Below are positions 11,321-23,471 of a stretch of 34,020 bases of DNA, piece by piece. Origin of the DNA: Chiloscyllium plagiosum. Its lineage: Eukaryota. Under the pieces are notes generated by a model. The model did no database searches and was not told the DNA's origin. It was given only the letters and a program-made list of their open reading frames with translations. Location: contig NC_057719.1 of NCBI RefSeq assembly GCF_004010195.1, positions 51,927,894-51,961,913 of the forward strand, in the 5' to 3' direction. A program made the position numbers and the translations under genes. Each line of letters opens with the position of its first letter. Positions within the stretch are counted from its first letter, which is position 1.

Positions 11321-14087
11321 TGTTTTTGTGAGGAGTATCTTTGCTTCACCCATGATTAGGCAAATTAGCACAGAATAGAGATACAAGTTAGCACCTTCCT
11401 GGCTTATATATTTCATATCAATCAATTGATAAACATATTCATGACGTGGTATCAATATCAATAATCAATATCGATATATTAATACCAGTAGATGTACCTG
11501 CTTAACAAGAATGATTAAATTTGAATACGGACAAACTAATCTCTGATAGCTAGCATAATTTTTATAGCACTAGGGGAGGATTCAGATTCTAATTCAGGTT
11601 TTATAGTGTAAAACATTTATTGATTGCATCAACATTTCTGCTTCTGATTTGTTTTATTGTTGAGAGATGTTCTGGTAGTCTTGGGAGATTTGCAGTCAAT
11701 TGTTAGGATTGAAATCGAAATTGAGGCTTCAATTTTGACATTATGAATATCTAACCTTTTAAATTGCAAAGACAAATTCAAAGCCAATTTCTGAAGAGAA
11801 TCAGATTTCTGGACCTAATGAGAGTAACAGCCAATCATGCAATAGCTTATTTCCATTTGATAGACCCCTGAAATAGATGCAGTTTTCATCCAACTCCTCA
11901 TCATTTCTGATTGTTAACTTGTGATAGTTGGTCATGGATATAAGCCAAAAAGAAGAAACAGAAGTTTTGCAGATCAAAGCTGTTTAGCAGGTTTTATGAT
12001 TTGTGTTTGTCAAACAAAAAGCTCCTGATGATTTTAGTTCTTTCAATTATTCATGAATTTTGGTTGGAGATGACATCTTAACAATGGTTGAAGAAAATAG
12101 GACTAAAAGGATGAAGAAAATATTCTCAGGAAAATTAGGAAATTGTAGTTACTTAATTGCTTGTGTGCTTATGACAGTAAATACAAGAGTGTAGTGCTGA
12201 TGCAATTGCCAACTAATCAATTCATTTTTTCCACTTTGTAATAGCACCCATGATTATCTTGAATTATCCTAATTACGAATTGTGATATGACAACAAACAT
12301 TGAATCATCAGAAACATCTCCTATGAGTATCTACAAAAACATGTACACTCTGCTGAGCCCAAGCCCATTGCTGGTATTGGAGGTTGCCCTTGACTTACTG
12401 TACAGGGAACCCTTGGCTGAAGGCCAACTCCTTTTACTTGACTGAGGACTGCTGACAACTAGGACAAAGTAACTGGTTTTGTGTCTTTGCTAAATCGCAC
12501 AACAAAATGGCATTATGGTGAGCCTGATATCTCTGGCTAGGTTGGGGGGAAGGCACAAAAAGCCAATATTGGGATGCTCTGAGCATTCAGGTAGGCTCAG
12601 ATTAAGTGAGCATGAGGAGAGCAAGTGAGATGCAGCCTGGTTTAGTCCATGAACTGGACGTGTGCCAATGAGCACATAATGACTTTGGTACTACCATACA
12701 ATGATAATTGCCATGTTCCCTGAGGGAAAGCATTGAAGTGTAGATGTGTACTATAATTTGTTTAGAGATGTGCAGAGAGTAGTTAAACGCTGGCACATAC
12801 TGGGTGTCAATGTCCATGATTGTGGGTCATGGGGACAGTGCCTGTAGAGCACTCTCTGAGATGGGGGTCCTTTGGAGCAAGCAATGAGTTGAAGTCACCA
12901 TGTACTCATGCAGACATCCATGGAGAGAATTATTCAAGTCTCATTTTTTTTGTATTGGCTGGCATTGTGGAAAACTGCATTTAATTGATGTGAGATCTGC
13001 AATGATTAAGGTCACTATGAAGCTGGAGATTTCTTTATAAAAGGCAGCTTGCTGCTCCATAACAAGAATCTCACCTTGATGCCTGGAACTTACTTAAAAG
13101 ATGCAAAAGATTGTTCCCAAAGTTGAGATAATCATTGCTGGATATCTTGCTCAATTGTGCCACACTTCTTGCTATATCCCATGTCATTCAGGCCATTGCA
13201 TGATTCCGCATATAATCCTGCATAAATTTAATCATATACAACTTGGGATGTGTTGTCTGTTATGGGATTTGACAATTGCATCAACATTGAATGATGTGCA
13301 CTTACACAGCATTCTTTCCCTGAATGTATGTAATTGTACAAAAATCTTGAACCATGTTGCTGTGGTTCAAGTTAGAATAATTGACTGCATGTTTATTGGT
13401 CATATTCTTGTGCTATTTTCTTCCTTCTTTCCAATAATACATTATGTACATGTAGTTGGGTAGTATGTCAAATGGTTAATGTATCAACAGTGTTGCACTA
13501 AGTAATATCTTTGATTTGTCTTTGGGTTTCTCCATGTACTTGGATATTTTGCATATTTTAACCTAATGTCTTCTTGTCAAAAATAGTTTGCATATGTCAC
13601 AAAATATTTTAGTAGATGGGATGAGACAATATACACCTCACACAAGATTTGGATGCCTTACTGACTTTGTTAATGGGTTGGAATAGTTCTTGTAGATTAA
13701 GTACCTGCAGATTCTGCTGGCCTGCTATGATTACTTCAACTTGCATAATTTTTCTTCATCTGAAAAGGTGGTCATCTTTGGATTTGTTCAAAAGATATTT
13801 TCAGACGGTTTGATAGGTATAGAAGAATTGGTTACACTAGCCTTTTGGTTAAGTTAAATTCAGTGAAATAGCATTCTACATATTGGTGAATATTCAATGT
13901 GGCTTTTGGAGGTATGACATGAACTCAGGCGTGCAAATCTTGAAACTAACTTGGAGTTTAATTCGATCTTTTAGGATGTAGAAGATTTTATCAATTTCCT
14001 TACAGTCATAGTAAAAATGCCAGAGGACTCTTATGCTTTGCAATCCTTTGTTTCCCAAAATGATGCAAAGTTTGACAAATTGTCTTT

Positions 14088-15037
14088 ACTTGATGACTGC
14101 ATCGACACCACCTCATGTTCCCACAAAAAGGTTGAACAGTTCATCAACTTCACCAACACATTCACCCCGACCTTAAATTCACCTGGATCATCTCTGACAC
14201 CTCCCTCCCCTTCCTGGACCTCTCCATCTCGATCAACGGTGACCGACTCAACACTGACATTTTCTACAAACTCACTGACTCCCACAGCTACCTGGATTAC
14301 ATCTCCTTCCACTCTGCCTCTTGCAAAAATGCTATCCCTCATTCCCAATTCCTCCGCCTCCACCGCATCTGCTCCCAGAAGGACCAGTTCCACCACAGAA
14401 CACATCAGATGGCCTCCTTCTTTAAAGACTGCAATTTCCCCTCCCATGTGGTTGATGATGCCCTCCAGTACATCTCATCCACGTCCCACACCTCAGCCCT
14501 TGAACCCCACTCCTCCAACCACAACAAGGACAGAACCCCAACCCTGGTCCTCACCTTCCACCCCATCAATCTCCATATACATCGCATCATTCCTCTGCCA
14601 TTTCTGCCACCCATAAACGGACCCCACCACCAGAGATTTAAAAATGTGAGAGTAAAAATAAATATTGCAGCTTCATTTTTTTTGGCATTGGTTTTTCCAA
14701 TCATCAATGTGGATTTCGCCAGTTTCCTCCTTTCCCCTCCCCCCACCTTACCTCAGTTCCAACCTTCCAGCTCAGCACCATCGTCATGATCTGTCCCATC
14801 TGTCCGTCTTCCTTCCCAACTATCCGCTCCACCCTACCCTCTGACCTATCATGTTTACTTCTACCTCAATCTACCTATTCCACCTTCCTCCCAGCTACAC
14901 GCTCTCCCATTTATCTCTCCACTCCTGAGGCTCCCAGCCTCATTCCTGATGAAGGACTTTTGCCCGAAATGTAAATTTTCCTGCTCCTTGGATGCTGCTT
15001 GACCTGCTCTGCTTTTCTAGCACCACACTCTTGACTC
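14088..15037 (+). mobile_element. Penelope-like element, 5'-truncated (RT C-terminal half, internal deletion, 3' end with hammerhead)
   Basis: LDDCI...FINFTNTF, then a frameshift to KFTW..SDTSLPFLDLSI...TDIFYK.TDSHSYLDY...AIPHSQFLRLHRICS; later INVDF; CTGATGA...GAAA at 14946-14969; flanked by TGTCTTT(A)CTTGAT repeats. Confidence 0.92.
14942..14976 (+). ncRNA. Minimal hammerhead ribozyme motif
   Basis: attc-CTGATGA-a-ggac-tttt-gccc-GAAA-tGTA-aatt; both core boxes are intact but stems carry mismatches. Confidence 0.65.
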
Positions 15038-16034
15038 TGTCTTTCTTGATCAGTTGATCTATGAAGTGAAGGTTCCTTCTTTCATTAAATAGTTGAAATT
15101 CTGACAGAAGGTCATTCCTAGAATGCCAGTCCATATAAAAATGTTTGACTTTCATCTTTACTGTTCTGCTTTCTGCTATTTAAAAATGTGAGAGTAAAAA
15201 TAAATATTGCAGCTTCATTTTTTTTGGCATTGGTTTTTCCAATGTTGTTTCTAGTTCTAACATTAAAAGTAACTTATATCTGCCAAAAATGTGGGAATGT
15301 CATGCATACCTTTTTTTGACTTTCATATTTTCTGTGAATCAAGTTGATGGAATCATCTGATGTCTGGATACAGGTCAGGGTTTCTTTTATAGAAGTGTTT
15401 TTACATGTGTTTTGCTATAGGATCATTTTCTTAGGTTGAAATGGCCCCTTACCATTCATAAACCAATGGTCTTTTATACTGTGGCTTCTTTTATTTGTTC
15501 CTTTGTTACGTTTGCTGCATTTCAGTACAATTACAGACTTCAGTCTTGATGAACTTTAGCTCTGAACTCAGACATGTGATCGGTGAATATTAAGAAAAGA
15601 ATCTTTCATAATTTGCATTGTTGAAATCTTTTAATCTTTTAATTCCACCATGCTGTCAACAGCTAGTGTCTAGCTTGCTTGCGCAATCTTCTAGTAACTA
15701 TTCAATATCATTGCTGCCAATATGATATAATTGTGGTTTTCAACATGTTATGCCACAGAACATATACCACAGAGACTCATATTGAGATACATATCTGGAA
15801 GTTTATTAACAAGGAGTGGCTAGAAATTGTGCACAAGAACATGGGAAAGTGGCTGGAGATTGTGTCTATGCTGGATCTACTACCTAGTGCCAATGTGCCA
15901 AATTGCTTCCTATGCGCCATAGCCATTGTGATACTGTGAACAATTAATTATGTACATTAAATTATGTCTCAGATGTACCTATGTGGTATGAGTTATATGT
16001 TTAGATTGTGGTATATATTATAATGATGATGCCA

Positions 16035-16152
16035 AGGCATGTATGGCTATGAGCTAAATGTTGGAAAATGGGATGAATGGTTAGTTGCTTGTTTTTGACT
16101 GACACAGACTCAATGGGCTGAAGGGCATTTTTATGTGCTGTAGATCTTTAAG
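16035..16152 (+). mobile_element. CR1 3' UTR fragment
   Basis: GGAAAATGGGAT...CACAGACTCAATGGGCTGAAGGGC...TGTGCTGTAGATC matches the CR1/HE1 tail motif. Confidence 0.65.
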
Positions 16153-16792
16153 ACACCACATGTATTGTTGACAGACTGACTAGCTAGCTGAATGCTTTGT
16201 AACAGACTTACTCTGCAAAGAGTGAGATGGAGATCTCTTAGACTATACCATCATATATTGGTATCTTAAAGACATTATGCCATTTTGAGATCTGTATACA
16301 CTATACTATGTGCAGTAGAACTCTTATTGGGTCCAAGGCTTTTTAAGCAGGTTTTTTAAGCAGGATTCAATAAGTGCTACACTGGAAATTGACCTTTCAA
16401 ATACACTGATTCTTCAAATTTTAACAACACCACAAATTCAGATTGATTCATACTCTGCAGTTCACCAAAGGTACCCTCATAGAGCCCAGCAACTGATTTT
16501 TTTGAGGATATAGCTGTATTTGTGTTTGAAATGTAAAAGTGGATGATGTAGATGCTGTAAGGTTATTGAATTCAATCTAATCCATCTGGTCATTTACAGA
16601 AGCAAATAATAGGTTAGAATGAAATAATAAGAAAATCCTTAAATCAGCTTAGTTGGCAGTATGATATTAACCTGTGTGAGAGTGAATCAGGAGAAAGAAC
16701 AAACGATTTCACCTGTCTCAGTCTGCTACTCCTTCTTTTGCCTTTGTAAGCAAAATCTCCAAGGTGCTCTTTCCTCAGCAGGAATCAAAAGA

Positions 16793-16992
16793 ACAAAAGT
16801 GAGGACTGCAGACGCTGGAGATTAGAGTCGAGAGTGTGGTGCTGGAAATGCATAGCAGGTCAGGCAGCATCCAGGAAGCAGGAGAATCGACACTTCTTCA
16901 TTCCTGATGAAAGACTTTTGCCTGAAACATCGATTCTCCTACTCCTTGGTTACTGCCTGACCTGCTGTGCTTTTCCAACACCACACGCTTGA
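16793..16992. mobile_element. Short fold-back PLE-derived element with a central hammerhead motif and a TSD of about 14 bp
   Basis: Arms 16827-16890 and 16930-16993 are reverse complements; CTGATGA at 16904-16910 and GAAA-CATC at 16924-16931; CAGGAATCAAAAGA (16779-16792) versus CAGTAATCAAGAGA (16993-17006). Confidence 0.88.
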
Positions 16993-17477
16993 CAGTAATC
17001 AAGAGATTTAACTCTTACTTCAGACAGTCTCATTGATGATCATTATGTTGTTGAGTCCATATTAAATTTTGTGAATGATTGTATGCAGAATTGCACAGTT
17101 CCTAACAAGTCAAAATGCATTTTAGTATCCAAGTTAGGTCAAGAGGAAATTTTAGTGAGTTAACATAAGAGAGATGATCAACTTCTTGCAATGTATTCAA
17201 TGAATAGAAGGGCCAGTTTAAACCTATTTGACAGAGTGAAAACACAATTAATCTTCGACAGAACTAGGGGGAATTGTCTTGAGAGCAAAACTTGGTTCTG
17301 CCAGGATCTATTTGGTTCCTACATTTTCCTATCTGCAATTACTGCTGAGGGGTAGGCATGCAATCAGGAACTTCCACCTGAACATTTCTGACCTTGTTGC
17401 AATTTAACAGTTTGCTTCTAGTTTGTTGCAGGTGGAACAGATGCATCTGTGCAGTGTAGATGACCCACCCAAAGGGC

Positions 17478-17592
17478 CCTCTTTTGGCATAGTGGTAGTG
17501 TTCCTTCTCTTAGATCAGGAGGCCTAGGTTCAAGTCTCACCTGCTCCAGAGATGTGTAATCCTATCTCTGAAAAGGTTGATTAGAAAAAAAT
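17478..17592 (+). mobile_element. Short tRNA-derived SINE
   Basis: A box TGGCATAGTGG, B box GGTTCAAGTC, A-rich tail; the 3' half is not tRNA-like. Confidence 0.7.
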
Positions 17593-17880
17593 AGACAGAT
17601 GGTCCGCCAAATGCAATGGCTCCATCCATAGGTTTTGGGACTGAAGTTGTGTCTTGGGTCTAGTGTTGATAAGATTTTGTTCTGCCATATTTGAACAAAC
17701 TAATCAGAGGTCTGCCCCACCCCATAATTCCATGTTCTTAGCTTTTTTTTTAAATGTACAAGTTACCTGTGCATAATGATGAAGGAAGAATGAACTTTCA
17801 AGGCTTTCAGGAAGTGGATTGCAATTTTAATTCCTGCTACAAGATAACAATATAGGAATATACCAGTCCAACATATCCTG

Positions 17881-18492
17881 TGTGATGATGCTGCTCCTTT
17901 AACAAGGTGAGGTTCTCCTTCTTATTAGGAGGTCATAAAGAAACAGACTCCGAAATGTCTGGAGTTGATTTATTTGAGAAAGCGTTCAAGTTTTAAAAAA
18001 AACTTGTACAATGAAAGGGGAGTGGCCAGTTCTCCCAAATCAGCTTTTCTTTGGTTTGGTTTGGTTTTAGCAGTCTGGCTGTTTACTGAAAGCAGTCAGT
18101 TCAGATTCAGGCTGCTGATCCAAGAAACAGCTACATGGAAGAGGATGTTCCATCCCGCTATCTCTCTCTCTCCAGTAAGATCCTATGTTAGATTTTTCCT
18201 TTTATGCCAAGGGGTGTTTATGGGGATTGCTGCAGGAATTTATAACAGCATAGTTAAATTTGGATAATCTGTTGGGTTTTTGGATAGGTTAAATTATTCA
18301 GTATTCTGTTCTCTTTTGTGTGTGTTTCATTTGGTAACCTTATAAATAAATTCTGCTTGTTTAAAACTAAGTGGTTTGACCAGCTGCATCACTCCTGGAA
18401 TATCCACTTCACACCTGCTTAAAATAATTAGTGAAGTTAGGTTCAGGTGACTTTCTTGAAATGTTTTTTGGGGTCTGGCCTAGTCCACAACA
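17881..18492 (+). mobile_element. Solo LTR
   Basis: TGTGATG...CACAACA termini, AATAAA near 18345, and 4-bp flanks CCTG/ACTG. Confidence 0.7.
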
Positions 18493-18833
18493 ACTGCAAT
18501 TAAATCTTCCAAGTTTTCCAGGAAGAAGACCGAGCATTTTAAATACTTTAGCCAGAAATAATATTCAAAATCCTCAGGCAGCTTTTGCAACTTCAGTAGA
18601 TCATTTTGAGTTCCACTAATGCTTTATTTTGGGAATTCCAGTGATTTTTCTGCTTAGGTTCTGGTGGTTGATCAAGAAAACATCTGAGGAAATTCCTACT
18701 ACAAACAGCTTTGAACAGTTTTCAGTACAGCCCTTTTGAATAAATATTTGTTCAACCAAGTTAATCAAATTCTTGTTCATGAATAAGACTCTCCTCTTTC
18801 TAGAGAATTGTCGCCAGATTTGAAAGATAACCA

Positions 18834-19120
18834 TGATACTCCTTGAAGGACTGCAGTCAGTGTATTGTTCCTAAGCACAGTTAAATTCTCTCTACATTAT
18901 TGTATGAAATAGAACATAGAACATTACAGTGCAGTTCTTTGGCCCTGGATGTTGCACCATCCAGGTACTTTGGCCCTGGATGTTGCACTGATACTCCTTG
19001 AAGGACTGCAGTCAGTGTATTGTTACTAAGCACAGTTAAATTCTCTCTACATTATTGTATGAAATAGAACATAGAACATTACAGTGCAGTACAGGTACTT
19101 TGGCCCTGGATGTTGCACCA
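18834..19120. repeat. 155-bp-period tandem duplication spanning the CR1 3' junction
   Basis: TGATACTCCTTGAAGG...TAGAACATTACAGTGCAGT starts at both 18834 and 18989; CTTTGGCCCTGGATGTTGCAC occurs three times. Confidence 0.92.
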
Positions 19121-19705
19121 GCCTGTGGAACCAATCTGAAGCCCATCTATCCTACACTATTCCATTTTCATCCATATGTTTATCCAATGACCATGTAAAT
19201 GCCCTTAAATTTGGCGAGTCTACTACTGTTGTGGGCAGTGCATTCCACGTCCCCACTACTCTAAGTGAGAAACTACCTCTGACATTTGTCCTATCTCTAT
19301 CACCCCACAATTTAAAGCTATGTCCTCTCGTGCTAGCCATTAAAATACAAGGAAAAAGGCTCTCACTGTCCACCGTATGTAACCTTTTGATTATCTTATA
19401 TGTCTCAATTAAGTCACCTCTCAACCTTTTTCTCTCTAACAAAAACAGCCTCAAGTCCCTCAGCCTTTCCTCATAAGAATCTTCCCTCCATACCAGGCAA
19501 CATCCTAATAAATCTCCTCTGAACTCTTTCCAAAGCTTCCACATCCTTCCTATAATGCAGTGACCAGAACTGTATGCAATACTCCAAGTGCGGCTGCACC
19601 AGACTTTTGTACAGCTGCAGCATGACCTCATGGCTCCGAAATTCAATCCCTCTACCAATAAGAGTGAACACAATGTATCAACATGGGTGGCAAATTTCAG
19701 GAATC
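19064..19705 (-). mobile_element. CR1-clade LINE (HER1-like), 3' fragment
   Basis: ORFs read IGRGIEFRSHEVMLQLYKSLVQPHLEYCIQFWS and YEERLRDL...[10 protein letters not shown]...TRGHSFKL...FSLRVVGTWNALP; (ATAGAAC)n tail. Confidence 0.93.
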
Positions 19706-19743
19706 TATGTATTATGTCATGTTTCTAATCATAGTTTTTGGTG

Positions 19744-20420
19744 TGTTATGAAGATGTGGGTGAACTATATTTTTTAAGAAGTGTTAAAAGCTAGCAGTGA
19801 CAGCACCAACGATTCTCAATAGCGGGTTGCCTAGAAATGACAAAAAAAAGGTTCGAATTAGGCCAATCAATTTAAATTATACCCCAAAAAATGCCAAATT
19901 CCAATCTAGTTTGAATTGAGTATATTGTCAATCTGGAAAGCCAAAGCCACACTCCGAGGCTTTGGGATATAAGACCGGGGAAAACTGAACAGTTGGGATG
20001 AGAACTGCCCAGCCCCAGCAGGTAAAAGACTGCCTGAAAAATAGCTCTCTCAAAAGTACCTTTTCTGATCAGTAACCTGAGAAGCAGAATCCTTAAGAAG
20101 AAGAAAAGAGGGCACAAGAAGATTCAAATAGAAGAACCAAAAGCTGCCTGGTTTTGAGATAAGAAGTGTTGTTTTGCAAATTTTAATTAGGAGCTTTATC
20201 GGACTAGTATTATAGAAGGGAAGATAAAAGATATGTTAGAGTAAGGACTTGTACAGAGTTGTTAGTTAATTATTCTCTGTTATACTTTAAGAAATAAAGT
20301 TGTTAATTTTTACTTTAAATAGTTCTTGGCCTCTCGAATCTTTACAGATTACTGCACGGGATAAATCTTTTCTGTGTTGCTGGTTTTAAATTAAGCAGTG
20401 ACATTTACCATCGTGTCATA
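19744..20420 (+). mobile_element. Solo LTR (3' terminus slightly truncated)
   Basis: TGTTATGA start and ...GTCATA end (inverted), TATAAG near 19968, AATAAA near 20293. Confidence 0.6.
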
Positions 20421-20754
20421 GGGGTGTTAATGAAGCATTTCTGCCAGGTGTTATGAAGCATTACAAAACTTTGTTTAATCTTTTTTCAGGAGATCTATAT
20501 GGTGCACATTTAAATTGTACGGACATAAAGCTTGCTGGAGCATGACACTTCAGCACAGGCAGTATCAGGAAGGCTTTCTCCTGAATCCTTCAGCTTGATT
20601 ATACTTGTGCCATAATTAGCTCGAACATAAAATTGATAATGACATACTAAGAGTAACAGGGTATCTGGGAGTTTATTGAACTGTCAGCCTCCAAGATGAT
20701 TTGAATATTATAAAGAAATAGTGCAATAACAGGGAGGAAGGGTCAATTACCAAT

Positions 20755-21058
20755 ATTATGAACACTGGAAATCTGAAATAAAAATGGGAAGTGTTATTGG
20801 GAACACTGGGAAAACTTTAGAATACAACAGCTGTCTGCATTCTCCCTCCCAGTTCTGATGAATGGCCATCAATCTGAAAAGCCACATTTTCTTCCCTTTC
20901 CTCACCAGCTGCCTGAGCCACTGAGTTAGAGACGAAAAGAAACTGCAGATATTGGAATCCAAAAGTAGACAAGCAGGAGGCTATAAGAACACAGTGTGCC
21001 AGGCAGTATCGGGAGGTGGAGAATGCTGCCTGGTTTGCTGTGAACCACTGATACCAGC
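20755..21058. mobile_element. Nested PLE-derived fold-back remnants
   Basis: Old unit: CTGGAAATCTGAAATAAAA ... TTCTGATGAA (20853) ... GCTGCCTGA. It is interrupted by a unit at about 20927-21040 with CCAGGCAGTAT/ATGCTGCCTGG arms, flanked by TGAGCCACTGA/TGAACCACTGA. Confidence 0.6.
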
Positions 21059-21842
21059 CAGATGTGTTGCATGTGAACAGAATGAGGATGGAGTTCCCTG
21101 CAGAGCACTTCCCTCCTGTTGTTGGGGAAGGTTTAAAACTAACTCTGCAGGGGTATGGGAATCAGGAGAGAACTTTAGCAAGTTACATCAGGGTACGTGG
21201 AACGTTGAGAGAAGCAGATTGCATGATGATAGAAAATAGTATGTTTAATTGGTGGAGTCAGAGTAAGGGAGAAAGTAATAAAACGTAAACCAGAATTACA
21301 GCGCATTTATGTGAACAGCGCATGGAGTACAGTTATAACTGACACCTAACTGAAAGCAGGGAAAATCCAGTGTTAAGTATGCTTGGTTACAAGGCTTTCA
21401 GAAAATGTGGCAAATAAGAAAAAGGTGGGATTGCATTTTTAGTTAATGAGAGTTTCGCAGTACTGAAGAAAAGGAGATTTTCAACAATATTTGGCCAAAA
21501 CTAAGGAATGCAAAAGGGTGCCATAATTTGGCTAAGTTTAATATATAGACAATGAACTAATGGGAACCTTATGGGCAAACACATCCACAGGGAAACTTTG
21601 GAGATGTAAACATCATGGGTTAGTTATAATGAGGGACATCTGTTACCCATATATGAACTGGGATTGTGGCAGTGTGAGGGACAGCAAGGGATGAGTGTTC
21701 CTAGATAGTTTTCATGAGAATTTATTGCAGCAGTATGTATTCAGTGCAACAAGAAAGGATGTACTGCCAGATCTGGTTCTTGGGAAGAGGGAGGCAAGTG
21801 ACAATGGGAGAACATTATGTCACAAGGCTAAGGATGATGGAG

Positions 21843-21899
21843 ATGGAAATGTGTTGCTGGAAAAGCGCAGCAGGTCAGGCAGCATCTAGGGAACAGGAG
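21843..21899 (-). mobile_element. 57-bp PLE tail fragment between 135-bp direct repeats
   Basis: GTGTTGCTGGAAAAGCGCAGCAGGTCAGGCAGCATC is the reverse complement of the PLE tail; repeats at 21708-21842 and 21900-22034. Confidence 0.85.
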
Positions 21900-22372
21900 G
21901 TTTTCATAAGAATTTATTGCAGCAGTATGTATTCAGTGCAACAAGAAAGGATGTACTGCCAGACCTGGTTCTTGGGAAGAGGGAGGCAAGTGACAGTGGG
22001 AGAACATTATGTCACAAGGCTAAGGATGATGGAGGCAAATGTTGTTTTAAATCCTGAGCAACTGTAATCAACTGTGGAGAATGGACTTCAATTGGGCAAG
22101 AACAGAGCTGGGCTGGATAGGCTGGAAACAAAGATTGGTGGGAAATACAGTAGCTGAATATTGAGATAGCTTTAAAGAGCAGAAAGTTTGGTTATAGTTA
22201 ACATACATTCCTTCAAAAAGGGAAGGGTAGGATGAACAAACTCAGGGCTGTCTGGATGGCGTAGGCGATAAGAAAAAAAGTGTGTTTATGAAGAATATCA
22301 GGAAGTAAATACAGTTGTGAACCAACCTGAATACAAAAGGTTCAGAACGAAGGTGAAAAACAAATACAGGAA

Positions 22373-22640
22373 TTATAGAATCCCTACGGTGCAAAACGAG
22401 CCCATTGAGCCCATTGATCCAGACCAAAGAGCATCCGAACCCGACCCATCCCATCCCCATAACCCCTCATTTTCCATGATAAATCCACCTAACCTACACA
22501 TCCCTGGATGGGCAATGGCCTATGACAGGAAACCTAAGCATCCGGAAGAAACTCATGCAGACACAATGAGCAATCTCCACATAGACCTGGGTGCTTGGCA
22601 CTGTAAGGCAGCAGTGCTAACTACTGAGCCACTGGGCCAC
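22373..22640 (-). mobile_element. HE1-type SINE, diverged
   Basis: TAGAATCCCTAC tail, CACCTAACCT, and GCAGTGCTAACTACTGAGCCAC head, matching the reverse complement of the other copies. Confidence 0.85.
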
Positions 22641-23471
22641 TTGAGAAGAAAAGAGTAATTATGAAAAAAAGGTTTGCAGCTAACAAAAAGAAATCCCAAA
22701 CTCCTCTCTTAACATATCAATTGTAAAAGAGTGATAAAAGGATGAGTAAGGGAGATTTGCAATGACAAAGGGGGCATTGCACTTACACACAAGAGGCATC
22801 GCTCAGTTATTAAACACAGTTTCACCCTCTGTCTTTAAAACAACTGCTATCCAGGCCATGGTTACAGAGGAGCAGATTTGGGCACTAGAAGGGATTAAAT
22901 GTTCAAAGAGCAAGCATCGGATAAACTATTGGCACTTAAAGTTGATAAAGTATCCAAAGCAAATGACTTGCATTCAAAGGTATTGAAAGAACTGAGAGTA
23001 AAACTCACAGAGGTACTGACAATATCCTTTGATGTTTCCCTGATGCAGGAGTGTCGGAGGATTTGAAGATGCAAACATTACACCATTGTTTACAAACAGA
23101 TTGTACAGATTGGTCCATAGTTGCTGTTTCATTTAAAGTATTGTATATAGTTCTGGGCACTACACTATCAGAAGGATGTGAATGCACTGGAGAGAGTGCA
23201 GAAAAAGTTTACAAACTGTTTCCAGGCTGATACATTGCAGTTATGAAGAATTATTGGAGGAGTTGGGGCTGTTTTTATTAAAGAGAAGGCTAAGAAGAGA
23301 CTTTATAGAAGTTGTTTTCAAAACTGAGAGGATCTGGGCAGAGTGATTTGGGAGAAAATAAATGGAAAATCAGACAGCACAGTTTTAAAGTAATTTGCAA
23401 AAGAAGCAAATGTCAAAAAGATTATTTTAATATATTAAAGGAAAAAGAATAACCAAAGAGAGAATAGGACC

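Larger units (their letters stand above)
12950..15160 (-). mobile_element. Decayed, internally deleted Ty3/Gypsy internal region (gag N-terminus, integrase remnants), interrupted by a PLE
   Basis: Minus strand MDWHSRNDLLSEFQLFNERRNLHFIDQLIK continues past the PLE as RQFVKLCIILGNKGLQ...KIFYILKDRIKLQVSFKI...FMSYLQKP (gag-like). WP.MTWDIARSVAQ (about 13155-13195, needs one indel) and SKLPFIKK resemble integrase motifs. Confidence 0.55.

Noticed and set aside
14017..14616. 199-aa Ser/Thr/Pro-rich ORF resembling a mucin
   Set aside because: It is mostly an off-frame reading of the Penelope RT after a frameshift.
17478..17545. tRNA gene
   Set aside because: A and B boxes are present but there is no full cloverleaf, and it runs into a SINE body and A tail.
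21714..22067. ORF with an internal protein repeat
   Set aside because: It is a by-product of the 135-bp duplication.
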